From Bugula neritina (Eukaryota > Animalia > Bryozoa): a stretch of DNA of 64,000 nt. Shown here piece after piece: positions 1 through 12,600 of this stretch. Location of the stretch: positions 7,446,973 through 7,510,972 of the forward strand of contig OZ037770.1 of assembly GCA_964035545.1 (NCBI GenBank), in the 5' to 3' direction. The notes under the pieces were generated by a model. That model saw only the letters and a program-made list of their open reading frames with translations, was not told the origin of the DNA and ran no database searches. Position numbers and translations under genes: made by a program. The stretch's first letter is position 1. Each line of letters begins with the position of its first letter.

Positions 1-30
1 AAAGCTCCTGTATATACAAGAAATACTTAC

Positions 31-1294
31 ACAGACATAGGTTTTAGCAAAGAGCAGAGCTTTATTAAGCATTGCCAAAGAAGGTAGTCGCTTATGCACG
101 ATTTCATGTCTGAGATCTACTATCCAATCTGGGATGCCAATCTGTAAAACCACACACTGTGTGCATTATAGATGGCATTATGGAGAAAATGGTGTAGTTT
201 AGACCACCAGTGTAAAGTAAATCTGTAAAATCTCAGTAACAAATACTTTTTAAATAAAGCCAAATACCTGAAATGAGATATATTGTCTAATTGCTAACAG
301 CAAAGTTAAGTACAGTTCAAGTCAATGCATAATAAATATTGGCTGCTACTAACTTTCCTACTAGCCTTGCATATGGTTTGTATGATGACTTCACTGGGCA
401 GTTCAGTCACATGAAAAATTTGCCCTGATGTTGCTAGTAAGAGTAAACTTTGGCATAATCCCACAGTATAAGTTGCCTTACCTTAGCAGCTAATTCTAAT
501 ACAGATGATCTTTCTATCTTTTCTTTAAGAGAACCTTCAGTTAGCAAATTCACAAACCTGAGAAAACAAATGTTTAGTTGCAGAAACACTATTATATCTA
601 TGGTTTCCCATAGATATAATAGAGGTGGAGACTACAATGTTACCCTACATGGTTTACCGATAATAATGACAGCAGCTAATGCATTTCTAAGACGGTAAGT
701 ACGTAATGTTTTAATAAGCAAGCACGTAATGTTTTAACAAGGGAAATGTATAATACTCAAATAAGATCAGTGTATTGTAACATGGACTACCTGGTTATTA
801 GACCCTTACCTTACAATTGTGAGAGATGATGAATGAATGATGTCATTTAGACTCCCACCAGTTTCTCCTACTGTTATATTAACCATATTACCAAGTATTG
901 CCAATGAGATATCAAATATATCTTGGAGTCGTGCACCCTGCCTAATACATAAACACAGGTCTCGCAATAGAAGCTTCTATAGCGAGCAATCGACAATAAG
1001 TTGGTATTAATTACAATGAAGGTGTTTGCTCTAATTTTCTCCCAACTTATAGGAAGATGGGTGGGTGAAGGAATGTGACCTGGAGTTGCTTTACTTTACA
1101 TCAACCCTTTAACTTTGTGCCTTAAAAATACTTTTATCTGGGCTATGCGTAATGTAGATTAATTTATTCTGCTGTCGAGATAAGCAGTGAACAACACTCA
1201 CCGACTTTTCCAGATTATTAGCCTATCTTTAGCGATTTTCCAATTTTCGACATTTGAGCTTGCCATGAGACTCCCAACATTATAAAACTCATCA
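31..1294 (-). CDS. LAS1L: LAS1-like ribosome biogenesis HEPN endoribonuclease, 5' portion (gene runs off the left edge; first coding exon unresolved)
   Basis: Four GT-AG exons in consistent phase: 1294-1202, 941-810, 557-482, 141-31. Joined peptide DEFYNVGSLMASSNVENWKIAKDRLIIWKSR-QGARLQDIFDISLAILG...LTIVR-FVNLLTEGSLKEKIERSSVLELAAK-IGIPDWIVDLRHEIVHKRLPSL matches the Las1 signatures RFVN and IPDWIVDLRHE.xH (HEPN RxxxxH). Confidence 0.9.
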
Positions 1295-1606
1295 CTGTAG
1301 TTACAACGTCTCTTGTTATATGACATAAAGCACAATCCATGAGCATATAATATTAAAAACAAGAGAATCTACATTAGCCTACAAACATAAGTGATTCATT
1401 TTCATCATTGGTTACAAGTGTAATATTGTCTGTGGTATTTTAAGCATGCGAATTCATGGGCAAAAATACGTTGAAGGTTGCAGTCCGCATAGACGACATT
1501 ATTTAAAAATATATTATTAGAAAAAAAATTAAATTGAATGACATTAATTTGATACTAAGCTGCATTTCTTTTGATTTCATGCGAATCCATGTGCACATGC
1601 GTCTAA

Positions 1607-1664
1607 CTGAAGCCATGTACAGGTGTATATCTGAAGCCATGTACAGGTGTATATCTGAAGCCAT
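1607..1664. repeat. 24-bp tandem repeat, ~2.4 copies
   Basis: ctgaagccatgtacaggtgtatat units start at 1607, 1631 and 1655 (partial). Confidence 0.85.
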
Positions 1665-3059
1665 ATGCCTATTAGGACTCATTGAAACTATTGCTACAAC
1701 AGTTTGCCGATGCCATAAGATGCCTAAGCTTTTGGAAATAATGTATTACACTTTTTTAGACTTTTCTTCTACATACTATTCATTCAATTTCAAAGTTTAA
1801 AGTAGTCAAATATATTTTAATATCATCTGCACATATTATATTGGATAGCAATATTTGGAGTTATATAAATGGAATTTGGTCATCTAACTGGAAGCCGTCT
1901 ATTTGAAATGACAACACGTGGAAAGTGGTCCTTTGCATAACCTTGATTTAATTAATCATAGGGCTGGTAAATAAACCTAATTAAAACTCACTCTGATGCC
2001 CAGGGCACAGCCATGAAACACTCAAATAGTAAAGATGAGTTAAACCGTTTCATCTCTATTCTTCTATAAGAACTGCTAAAAATAAGTGAATATTTTCATT
2101 ATGTTTGTGGCAAGACCAAATATTGCAAGTAAACCAGATGGTGGTCTAGCATTAGAAACATTCTCCAGTCTAAAGTTAATTATTCACAAAAGTGCTTGGT
2201 GAAAAAATATAGATAGAAAAAGTATAGTACTTACTAAGCCCACATAAAACATATACTAATTATAACTAACTTTCACTGCACTCATGCAGTGAAAGCATTA
2301 TTCAATTCATAATCACATTGTAATCGCAGCGAAGCCTAAACTTTATAGCTTTATATTTACGTGCATGATTGAGTTTTAATTTTTTTTAATTTTATATGCA
2401 TAAAAAATCTGTTTTAAAGCTTTACCAATAAACAAAATTAAAAAAATGTACACATAAAATTAAAAAAATAGTTAAGTGACAAAATAACAAGTGGCAAATT
2501 TTTTTTTATTTTAACTTATATAAACTGGGGGTACCAATCGTGGCATAATGACTTTTCATGCTTTAAAGTCGGCACTCCTAATATATATACCACACTGAGT
2601 ATAACACCATTTTTAACTGCGTGACATTTGATTTTAGTTTTCAAATTGAAATTGATGCTTCATTTTATACATTTATAATTGTTTGCAATTCTTTTAAAAC
2701 ATAATAAATTAAACAATTCAACACCAACATGATTCATAATAATTTATGGTGCTCATGTCAATGTTTATGCATGATGGTGATATTACTATTACATTATTCT
2801 TACTATCAGTAATTATTATTATTTAATACCAAAATGGCGTTATTAATTCTATTACAACTTTAATTAAACAGGTTGTTACCCTAACAGCATCACTGAGGTA
2901 TTTAAACTTGAAGTTAAAGCACAGAATAAGTTCAACACTCACAGTGACAGTCCCAAATTTAACAAAGTAACACTGCTAGCATTACTGTTACTCAGAACTG
3001 TATGTTATTGCTAGTGCTGCGTCTAAAAGTAAAAGTAACACACGCACACTGAAACTTGG

Positions 3060-4050
3060 TTAGATTATAGTATAAGTATTATTAATACTAATAGTAATAG
3101 TAATACTAATAGTAATAGTAATACTAATACTAATAGTAATAGTAATACTAATAGTATTAGTAATATTTTACTAATAGTAATACTAATAGTAATAGTAAAT
3201 GTAATACTAAAGGTAATACTAATACTATCAGTACCACCAAACTAGTGACTATGTAGCTATTACTATTAGTAGTACTATTAGTATTTAGTATTAAATAAAA
3301 AAGCACTCGCGCATGTTTATACTCGCTATCCCTGTGAGAAACCCCTGATAGAAAGGGTTTTTGTTGAAGTGGGCTAAGGACTTATCTACTATACTATTAC
3401 TATTAGTATAAGTATTAAATAATTACTCATTTACTATGTCTATTAGTATTAGTGTAGTAATAGCACTATAACTATAAGTAATACTATTAGTATGAGTCTT
3501 CATCAATCTGCATCTTTACTCTAATTGACATTAAGCCTGATTTTGAGTGATCCACTCATTAAGTTTCAGTGTGACTATCACAATCTCATTGACATTGATA
3601 CTATTTAAATTTTATTTAGTTTAACAAATTCCCTTTCAGCTTTGCACTTTTACTACTGCTAGCCATTATCAGTAGACAATCAATACAAAATAAGTAATAG
3701 TATTAGTAATAGAAGTACTACTACTAGTAGTAGTATAAGTATTACTATTAGTATTAGTATTACTATTAGTATTAGTAAGAGTATTAGTATTACTATTAGA
3801 TATTACTATTAGTAATACTGTATCAGTAGTACTAGTAGTAGTACTGTAGGACTAGTAGTAGTACTAGTACTAGTAGACGTAGTCTAATCATTAATGATTA
3901 AATGATTGATGACTAAGTTTGATGCTGTAGCACTACTACTAGCGCTAGTATGAAAGAATACTAATATTTGTTACGTTTACCACTATTAGTACTAGACAGT
4001 AAGTAGTATTGCATTACTACTAGAACTAATATCATAATATTATTAGTACT
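3060..4050. repeat. AT-rich low-complexity (TAG/TAA/TAC) tracts
   Basis: Runs such as taatagtaatagtaatac and agtagtacta; similar tracts recur at ~58800-60650. Confidence 0.7.
3311..3384 (+). repeat. Dispersed repeat fragment, second copy at ~20710-20782
   Basis: gcatgtttata...atccctgtgagaaa.c.ctgatagaaaggg...gggctaa is shared by both sites with several substitutions. Confidence 0.7.
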
Positions 4051-4059
4051 AGAAGCACG

Positions 4060-7000
4060 TGATGTGACTCTGATGGGGATTAGTGGGACATGCCACTCTG
4101 ATGGCAATGCACCATGCCGAGCCAAAGGGTTAAAGTTCAGTAAATAAATCACGCCGCTTGTAAATAAGAAGACAACTCACAAACAAATAATCTCGCACAC
4201 TCTTTGCCCTTGTACTATTTGTTTTATGTTATTTTGTGATATTATTTCAGCTATCGTGAAAAGGAGAGAACGTGCTCAAGTTAGTTGATTAACGGAAGAG
4301 GCCGAAGCCGTGATTTATTACCACAATATATATACAAGATAATACTAAAACTATTACAATAAGTGAGACAATTAATTATTAAGATTATGACAAAAAATAG
4401 TAAAATAATAAAATAACAAATTACAAATAAATGTTTACATGAATACCGAACATCTCCCACAGAATAGAAAAAGCTATTTAGATATGATTGTTTTAAGAGG
4501 GCACATAGTCTGCCATCCAACTAGGTGGCTTCCGTTCTCTGGTTGAACGTCGTAGGTTGTCGCTATGATTGGCGCTCTCGGTGGTGTCAACCTGGGCACT
4601 ACTAGCATTTTGTTTAGGATCCTTTGGTGTCTCGGGACTCGCTGGCTCCGTGACGAGGGGTCTGATGTCTCGCCGGTTTCTCCGAAAGAGGTTGTTGTTA
4701 AGTTGTACGGCGTAGGCTCTGCTACTCAATTGTCTGTTAATTTGTGCCTCCTGCCATTTTCTCCGGTGCTGACTCCAGTCTCGAACCAAAACTGGTTGCC
4801 CTTCTATCAGCACTGCCAAATCTCTTGCACCGTCATTACATCTCTGCTGCAGTTTTTTCATTGCGGCCCTGCTTTTCCCACCAACCTTGGTTGTTCTCTG
4901 TTTCTGTCCGGACTTGTGGTAGTACTGACCTGGTGGGCCTTCCGATAAGTTGCTGAATTGGGCTGGCTGTCAGGCCTTCTTTGGTGGTGTTGAGATGTTC
5001 CAGTAACGCAAGTTCGGGCTCTTCACATCTGCGGAGTATACGTTTGACTATCTTCACAGCAGACTCTGCCTTTCCATGAGACTGAGGATGATATGGAGAG
5101 CTGGTGGTGTGTGTGAAATTCTATGATTGGCTGAAAGTAGAAAACTGGTGTGAAGTAAACTGTGGTCCGTTGTCAGTGTGAACCTGTCTGGGTATTCCCA
5201 GGCATCCAAAACAGCGCTTTATGGAGTTGATAACAGTCTCTGCTGTTTGGTTGTCCAGTCGGTCGTATTCAAGGTAGTCAGTCCTATAGTCAACAATAGT
5301 AATGTAGTGAGTGTGATTGTATTCAAACAAGTCAATTCCTACTTTTGTCCAGGGTTGTTGGGGAACTGTGTGGAGTAAAAGTGTTTCCTTCTGTTGCCGG
5401 GGAGCATCCAGTTGACATTGTCAACAGCTAGCAATATTGTTTTTGATGTCATTGGTGATGCCAAGCCAAAACACTGTGTGGCGGGCACGTCTTAGTGTGG
5501 AGTTAATTCCATTGTGGCCAGTGTGACGTAGTTGGAGAAACTTTCGCTGGAGTGCCTTTGGAATAATGGCTCTTAGTCCTTTGTAAACAATGCCATTGTC
5601 AATAGATAGTTCGTCTTGAAAGTGTTTGTACCTGTCATGAGTTGTGCAGTCAGTAATGTTCCAGTCATGTTTCATAAGGTTTGTCAGTGTCATAAGTTCA
5701 TTGTCCTGTGCAGTAGCAGTCCTAATGCTGTTAATTAAGTCGTCACAAACAGGAGCATCATTATTCTGAGAGTCAATGTGAAAAATGTGTTCTGGTAGTT
5801 GTTGATAGTTGGGAGAGTCAAAGTATGAGTCTCTTGAGAGTAAGTCAGCCGTGATCTGTTCAGCACCCTTTTGCCAAGTTACCTTAATGTTGGGGTATCT
5901 TTGTAAATGAAGAAGCATAGCCTGCAACCTCCGAGATGCCTTATGAATGGATTTCCTGAAAATAGAAACAAGGGGTTTGTGGTCAGTTTGGATAGTGACA
6001 GCATGGTGACCAAAGATATACTGGTCAAAGCGTTCAGTGCCAAACACTATGGCAAGGCACTCAAGCTCTAGTGGTACATAGTTCTGTTCCGATTTTGTTA
6101 AACTGCGAAATGCATATGCTACAGGCTTGCCTCCTTGCATGAGTGTTGCACCCACACCAGCATTTGAAGCGTCAGTTTGTATAGTTACTGGCTTGTTGCA
6201 GTCAAAGTATTGTAGAGTTTCCGAGTCAGTTAGTAAGGTCTTCAGTCTATTAAAAGCGTTCATTTGGTCGTCAGTCCAGTGAAAGTCTCGAGCATTGTCT
6301 TGTGTCAGTAAACGTCGTAATGGTTCAGATTCCGATGCTAGATTGCTAATAAATTTTGACATGTAGGTGATGTGACCAAGGAACCGTTTTACTCCTTGTG
6401 GAGATGAGGGAGGTTTCATCTTAAGAATGGCATTTACTTTGTTAGGATCTGGTTTAAGTCCATTAGTTGTCAGTATGTGTCCGATGTAAGGTAGTTCGTC
6501 TTGAAGGAAGCGGGATTTTGTCTTGTTCAGTCTCAGTCCTGTCTGTCGAGCACGTTTGAAGAGCGCTTCAAGGTTTCTATCATGTTCTTTCCTTGTCCTT
6601 CCAAAAATTAGGATGTCATCTGCAACTATGGTGATGCCATCAAGACCAGCAAGATTTTCCGCGAGCTTTCTCTGAAACTCCTCCGGCGCTGATGCAATTT
6701 CGAAGGGTAGCCTTAGGTACTTGTACTTCCCTATGGGAGTCCAGAAAGTTGTCAAGTCTGTAGATTCTTCAGCTAGAAGAATTTGATAGAAACTTTCTTT
6801 GGCGTCACACAAGGAGAAAAACTTGGCACCGTTGAGTTGTGGCAAAACATCTTTCAATGTTGGCATGACAGCGTGATTTCGTTCAATTGCTTGATTGAGA
6901 TTTTGCGGATCTATGCAAATGCGTATCTTTCCATTAGGCTTGCGTACTGGTTGTAGATAGCTTATTCAGTCTGTAGGTGCTTCTACCTTAGTGATAATTT

Positions 7001-7598
7001 GGCGTCGTTCTAGTTCAAGAATAGTCTTGATGAGATCTGATTTCATCGACAAGGGCACCTTCCGCGGTCGGACTTGCACTGGTATAGCTCCAGGTCTTAG
7101 CTCTATCCTATATTCCTGTTCAAATTTTCCAAGTCCAGTAAATATGTCATCAAAGTCAGTCAGTCTGAAGGTCTGGGTCAGTAGTGGCAAAGTTTACATT
7201 TCCGCTTTTGGTGCTGGGCATTTGTACTAAATCCAGATGCAAACATGATTTCCATGACAGCAAGCTATGTTGGATGGTTTCCACAATTAGGAATTTTAAT
7301 GTAGTGTAACATCCTTGCTTGTTTAGTATTTGTATCCGTGTCCACCCTAGTGGTGCACACTTGCTCTGGTCATATAAAGTTAGTGCAGTATCAGTCGGTG
7401 TAAGTTTCGGTCTACCTAGCTTGCCGTAGTCGACCGTATTCAAAGTATTGCATGATGCACCAGTGTCAAGTTGGAATTCAATGTCATAAATAGTATCTGC
7501 TTGCTTAGCAGTGAGCATCGCTAACAATTTACAATCTTGTATTGTAGTGGAGATAGTATTTACATGTTGAGAGTCACTGTCTGAAGAATAATTCCAGG
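4060..7598 (-). mobile_element. Ty3/Gypsy LTR retrotransposon 1, 5'-truncated and decayed (3' LTR ~4060-4452, left LTR boundary approximate)
   Basis: PR-RT-RH-IN order on minus strand; purine tract gggaga abuts TG at 4452; most of gag and the 5' LTR are absent, ending at a (TA)n tract at 7599. Confidence 0.9.
4493..7598 (-). pseudogene. pol: Gypsy 1 pol with multiple stops and frameshifts
   Basis: Protease [10 protein letters not shown]; RT LPFEIASAPEEFQ and VADD; RNase H TDAS...ELECLA...TDHKPL; integrase HTGHNG...C*QC and TDNGPQF; tail LRRSTRERKPPSW. ORF breaks at 7156, 6966, 5421, 5121 and ~4850. Confidence 0.9.
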
Positions 7599-7803
<205 letters not shown>

Positions 7804-7931
7804 GTAGTTTCTATAATTAAAAATGAATCAAAAGAACTCAATATTTCGAAAAATAGAGTATTTGTATTTGGTACTAATACAATTTTGGATATAAAAATAA
7901 ACTTAGATCTTCATTTTATTGACTACAATAT
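7804..7931 (-). mobile_element. Penelope-like element C, inverted 3'-end copy, distal part
   Basis: Reverse complement of ~20403-20530; interrupted by the Gypsy 2 insertion. Confidence 0.9.
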
Positions 7932-8350
7932 TGTAGTGAATTTCGCAATTCACTATATTATGTGTGGGTCAACTCAAACAAAGCCACTACACCAGGTTAT
8001 TTACGTTATGATAAGTTTATTATTTACAAGATACAAGAAGTTCTAATTACTGCTAACATGAATTGAAACGATTACATAATAAGTGAGCATTTATACACAG
8101 CTACTCTAAATGAAGTCCCAAGCTGCTCTGCCTGGCTAGCTACTCAGCGTGCTTTCACTACCAGTAGCTAGCTCCACCTGCTATCAATTAGTATGTCAGT
8201 CCTGATTGGTTGTTACTAGTGGTGCCACTGTCGACCATAGATACAAGTCGCTGGAGGTCGATGTAGTCGATCTCCACAATAGCATACAATATAGAGCCGA
8301 CCCTTTCGATATAATAACTAACACCAATTGCACCACTAAAATCCATTACA
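7932..8350 (-). repeat. 3' LTR of Gypsy 2
   Basis: Near-identical to 15069-15487; adjacent to PPT. Confidence 0.97.
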
Positions 8351-8844
8351 CTCTCCACACCTATCGAAAGGTACACTCTATGATTAATGTTTGAACATAC
8401 ATTATAAAATAAAAGATTGAAAAATAGACAGGAATAAAAGAATACAAAATAACATGATCAAAACGATTCACATAACATTAACAAGACGATCGTTTAAGGA
8501 TCCGTCGCAGGGTCGAAGTGTCTCTCACCCGATCATGTAAGACAGCATGAGCATAGTAAGGGAAAGATGTACTGTATCACATTCACATAGTCTGAACCAA
8601 GCAATGGGTGGTGTCGAGAAGCCACCAGGCATGATGGCTACAAGTGAAACAGAATCTCCCCAAAGGGGGGGAGAAAAGAGGGGGGTTGACTGGTCTCTTT
8701 CTAGAGGGTCGTGTCGAATACCAACATCCACACTGATCACCGTCGAATTCCCAAAGGGGGGAATTTAAGGCTTCTTCATCTTGACTTTTATATTTAATTA
8801 TTACTTCATGCAGGATTCTTTAATATTACTTGTTACTTCTTATT

Positions 8845-9037
8845 ATTATTACGATGTCGCCATGGCGAAAAGAGAGAGAAGCTACTTTGCCTGATTGCAT
8901 CATTCCTTGCAGTATTATTACGTCGGTACGTCGTCGCCAGGTCGAAAAGAGAGAAGAACTGCTCTGTCTCATTACATCCCTCTTGGCTGTAGTGTTGTGT
9001 CGATACGTCGTCGCTAGGACGAGAAGAGGGAAGAACT
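8845..9037. repeat. ~2.5 diverged copies of a 77-bp unit in the Gypsy 2 3' region
   Basis: Minus-strand units begin ttcttccctcttctcgtcctagcgacgacg / ttcttctctcttttcgacctggcgacgacg / cttctctctcttttcgccatggcgac. Confidence 0.7.
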
Positions 9038-9686
9038 CCTCTGTGAGTTGCCTCTCTTCACCTTGCCGTTGTGGGGCACCATCCGCCACGACAGTCACCA
9101 GAATTGCTATTATGGCACTCCAAGAATCAAGTCAAGCAGTCAGCATCGCGTCGACAAATAATGTGATGAATGATGGGTGACTGCGCGACGGTGGTGCCAG
9201 GAGAAAGAATTATGCTCCGCCATTAAAGTCTCACCTGCAACAGAATGCCAGAAACTGTTGAAGGAGTTTTCACCTGGTCAGTACGACACCTCGACTGAGT
9301 CTCGCAATCTACTAACCACTGATTATTATTAAATCATGCGGTCGACTGCCTCACTCAAGTCGTCAGTGAAATCACCTGACTTGGGAAACCAACTTTATCG
9401 TTATGATAAAGCGAGACTGATTTAAAGCTACCAGCTTGAATTCTACTTAAATAATAGAATTATACTAGTAGACTTACCATAAGACAGCCGCGACGTTAGT
9501 CTGCTGCCCACTTAGGCCACGTAGTACGCCAGCCTGCCAAGTACATGCGTGCACGTTGGCAGTTAAAATAGAAAAGAACGCTCTTCGCAGTGAAAGTGAT
9601 TACATAATACCCCTTTCACTAGCGAGCTGGCTTCGCTCTTTTCTCTACCCCCGGTGGTGTTATATTTACACCACTGGGTAGGCAAC

Positions 9687-12600
9687 TCACAGTTGCGTCT
9701 CCTTATATTTCGGAAACGCAACTCTCAATTGCTCGTCGCCCCAGATTTCTTTTATGATAGCTGATGGATGTTTTTCCACTGCATCACACAAGAAATCTTT
9801 TAAATAAGATGGAGGCGCCCTAGTGCGTTGCCTACACTCCAACTGCACTGGGGAATTTGCTACGACTGGTGACCCTTCCACCACGGGTGGTGTCGCCAGT
9901 ACGGGGGGCTCAACCAGTACGGGTGGTCCTCCCCCAGCTGCCTCTTCCTCATGATTTTGAGGAATTTCCATCTCATCCAGGGCGATGGACCTGTCGACCG
10001 GCTCCACAGGTGGTGGGGCCGGCTTCGACGGGTCTTCTGGAGTGTCGGCCTCCTCTTCCTGGGGTGGAGGAGGTCGGGGCGGGTCGGTGGCGCGTCGACC
10101 GCCCCGTCCTGATCTTGCAGTGTCTCCTCAACCTCTCTATACGCCATGCCTCGCCCCCTCATAGGAGGGCGTCTAGCGGGCTCTAAGAGGGGAGGTGCTT
10201 GACCTGCTGCATCAGGACTCGCCCAGTGAGGTTTCAGCCATGCTACGTTCTGGACTGACACTTGTCCAGACCGTTCTACTTCATAGGTGTGATTTGGCAT
10301 CACCTCAATCTTGCAGTAGGGACCTACGAACTTCGGCTGCAACTTGGCTGCCTGTCCGCGCCGCCGGCGATGACTGGTCATCCAGACCCAGTCTCCCACC
10401 TTGTATAAGGGGGGGTCGTCAGAGTCACCACTTCTGACCTGCCATTGCTGCTCACGTAGCACCTCGTGAGCTGTCCCTATGCGTTTTACGAGCTTGTCCA
10501 CATAATCGTGAATGTTGCTCTCGGGAGTCGGAACATAATAGGTTACGTGCTCAGGAACCCTGGTTTCTCTTCCCAGCATGAGAAAATTAGGGGTCTCCAG
10601 TGTACTGGAGTGAGGGGTACTACGGTACGCTCGCATGATCTGCGGCAACACTAAGTCCCACTCTTCCTGGCTCCTACCGATAAGCAGGCTTCTCAGTGAG
10701 TCCCCTAGCATTCGGTTGTTCCGCTCCACAACCCCGTTCCCCTGCAGGTGATACGGGGTCGTCTGACTCTGGTTTACCCCCCACATTTTACAGAGATCGC
10801 TCATAAGTTGCGACTGAAACTGGGCGCCTTGATCGGAGTGTATCTGCTCCGGCAAGCCGAAATAGCAGAACACCTGTTGATCCAAGGCTCTGGCCACCGA
10901 GGGGGCCGATGCATCTGGAATAGCCAGTGCATCAGCCCACCGTGTGAAATGGTCAGTTAATACCAGTATCCAGTTATTACCTCTCGCTGTTGTGGGCATG
11001 GAGCCTACCAGATCGACAGCAACTACCTGCCACGGACGACCGGCATGGAGGCGACGCCTCCCTGCGGTCTCAGTGGGGCGGCCATGCTTGCTAGCTTGGC
11101 ATACCTCGCACTTCCGCACCCTGAGTCGGACATCCCGGGTCATACCGGGCCAAAACCACTGGAGTTAAAGACACCTAGTCACCCGGCTAGCTCCCGCGTG
11201 AGCTTGCCTATGGGTGTCCCAGATCAACTCCTGCCTCAGAGCGGACGGGCAGACTACCCTCTCTCGTTCACAGCGATTGGTGCCGGCTGCTAACGTTATC
11301 GTTAACAGCCCATTGCTGTTGAACCGGAGGGAGTCCCAGCGGTCACAGAAGTACTTAAACTCTGCGCTCTTCACCCGCTGTTTGGCCCAACTCGGCCGCC
11401 GTCCCTTCTTCTTGGCCCGGACTAGGTCAGCTACCACCCCCGGTAGCGTAGCCTGGAGCCGACATAGCTCCCTGACGTTCCTGAGCAACGTAGGGTTTGC
11501 GTGAAGGTTGTTAACAGCTTCGTTAAGGGATTCGGACAGGAGTTGCCCTTCTTCCCAGCTGTATACACCCGCTTTCCCCAACTGCGCTTCAACGTTTGAG
11601 CGAGGGGGTCCACCATCCCTGCGCTCAATGTTCTGGAACTGCTTACACCCATCTGCCTGGCGGCGGCTGAGTCCATCGGCATTACCGTGTTTCTTACCGG
11701 GTCGATGTTCGATCTGATAAGAAAACTCCGCCAGGATCTCTAGCCAGCGCGCCATATAGATATGGTCTAAAGTGTTTGACCGCCTTGACTACTGCCAAGA
11801 GTTCCCTCCTGGTTGTACAGTAGTTCTTCTCAGGCGCCGACAGGGCTTTGCTATAGTAAGCCACCACCACCTCGCGACCATCTTAGACTTGCGACAGCAC
11901 AGCCCCCACATTATGGTTACTGGCATCAGTATCCAAAATGTACTCCTTCGCAGGGTAAGGATACGCCAAGATGGGTGCTTCCACCAGGCGATCCTTCAGG
12001 TGGTCAAATGCCTTCTGCTCGGCCTGTGTCCACTGCCATCGCACCCCTTTTGCTGTCAGCCGATTTAACGACTGTGCAATATCGGCGAAGTCTGGTATGT
12101 ACTGACGATAGTACCCTACCAGTCCCAGGAATGCCCGCAATTCAGGGAGGTCGACCGGAACAGCCCAGTCACTCACAGCCCGTACCTTCTCGGGGTCGGT
12201 GGCGACCCCATCTCAACCAACTACATGGCCCAGGTAATTAACCTCGCGCTGCAGTAATGCACACTTAGAGGGCTTGAGCTTCAGACCAGCAGCTCGAAGT
12301 CTGTCAAACACCTCCCTGAGTCGACTGACATGTGTGTCGATGTCGGGGGAGATGACAATGACATCACTGAGATAGATGAGCAAGGTCTTCCAGTGCAGCC
12401 CACTCAGGACCTGCTCCATGAGTCGCTGGAAGGTGGCCGGTGCGGACGTAAGTCCGAATGGCAACACCTTCCATTTCCAGAGCCCATCCCGCGTTATAAA
12501 CGCGGCCTTGTCCTGTGCTTCAGGACTCAGGGGCACCTGCCAATACCCGCTTAGCAAGTCCAACGTGCTGAAGAACTTGCTACCGACTAAGGTATCGAGC

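Noticed and set aside
8-30. 23-nt GT-AG micro-intron in LAS1L
   Set aside because: Much shorter than every other intron here; the true acceptor is probably outside the window and cannot be tested.
1295-1500. First coding exon of LAS1L
   Set aside because: Two weak candidates (MMKMNHLC, MSSMRTATFNVFLPMNS) with poor donors; neither is supportable.
2270-2295. Perfect 11-bp hairpin ctttcactgca-ctca-tgcagtgaaag
   Set aside because: Isolated, with no element boundaries or second copy to give it meaning.
8351-9690. env gene in Gypsy 2
   Set aside because: No long ORF, fusion-protein cysteine pattern or C-terminal TM is visible.
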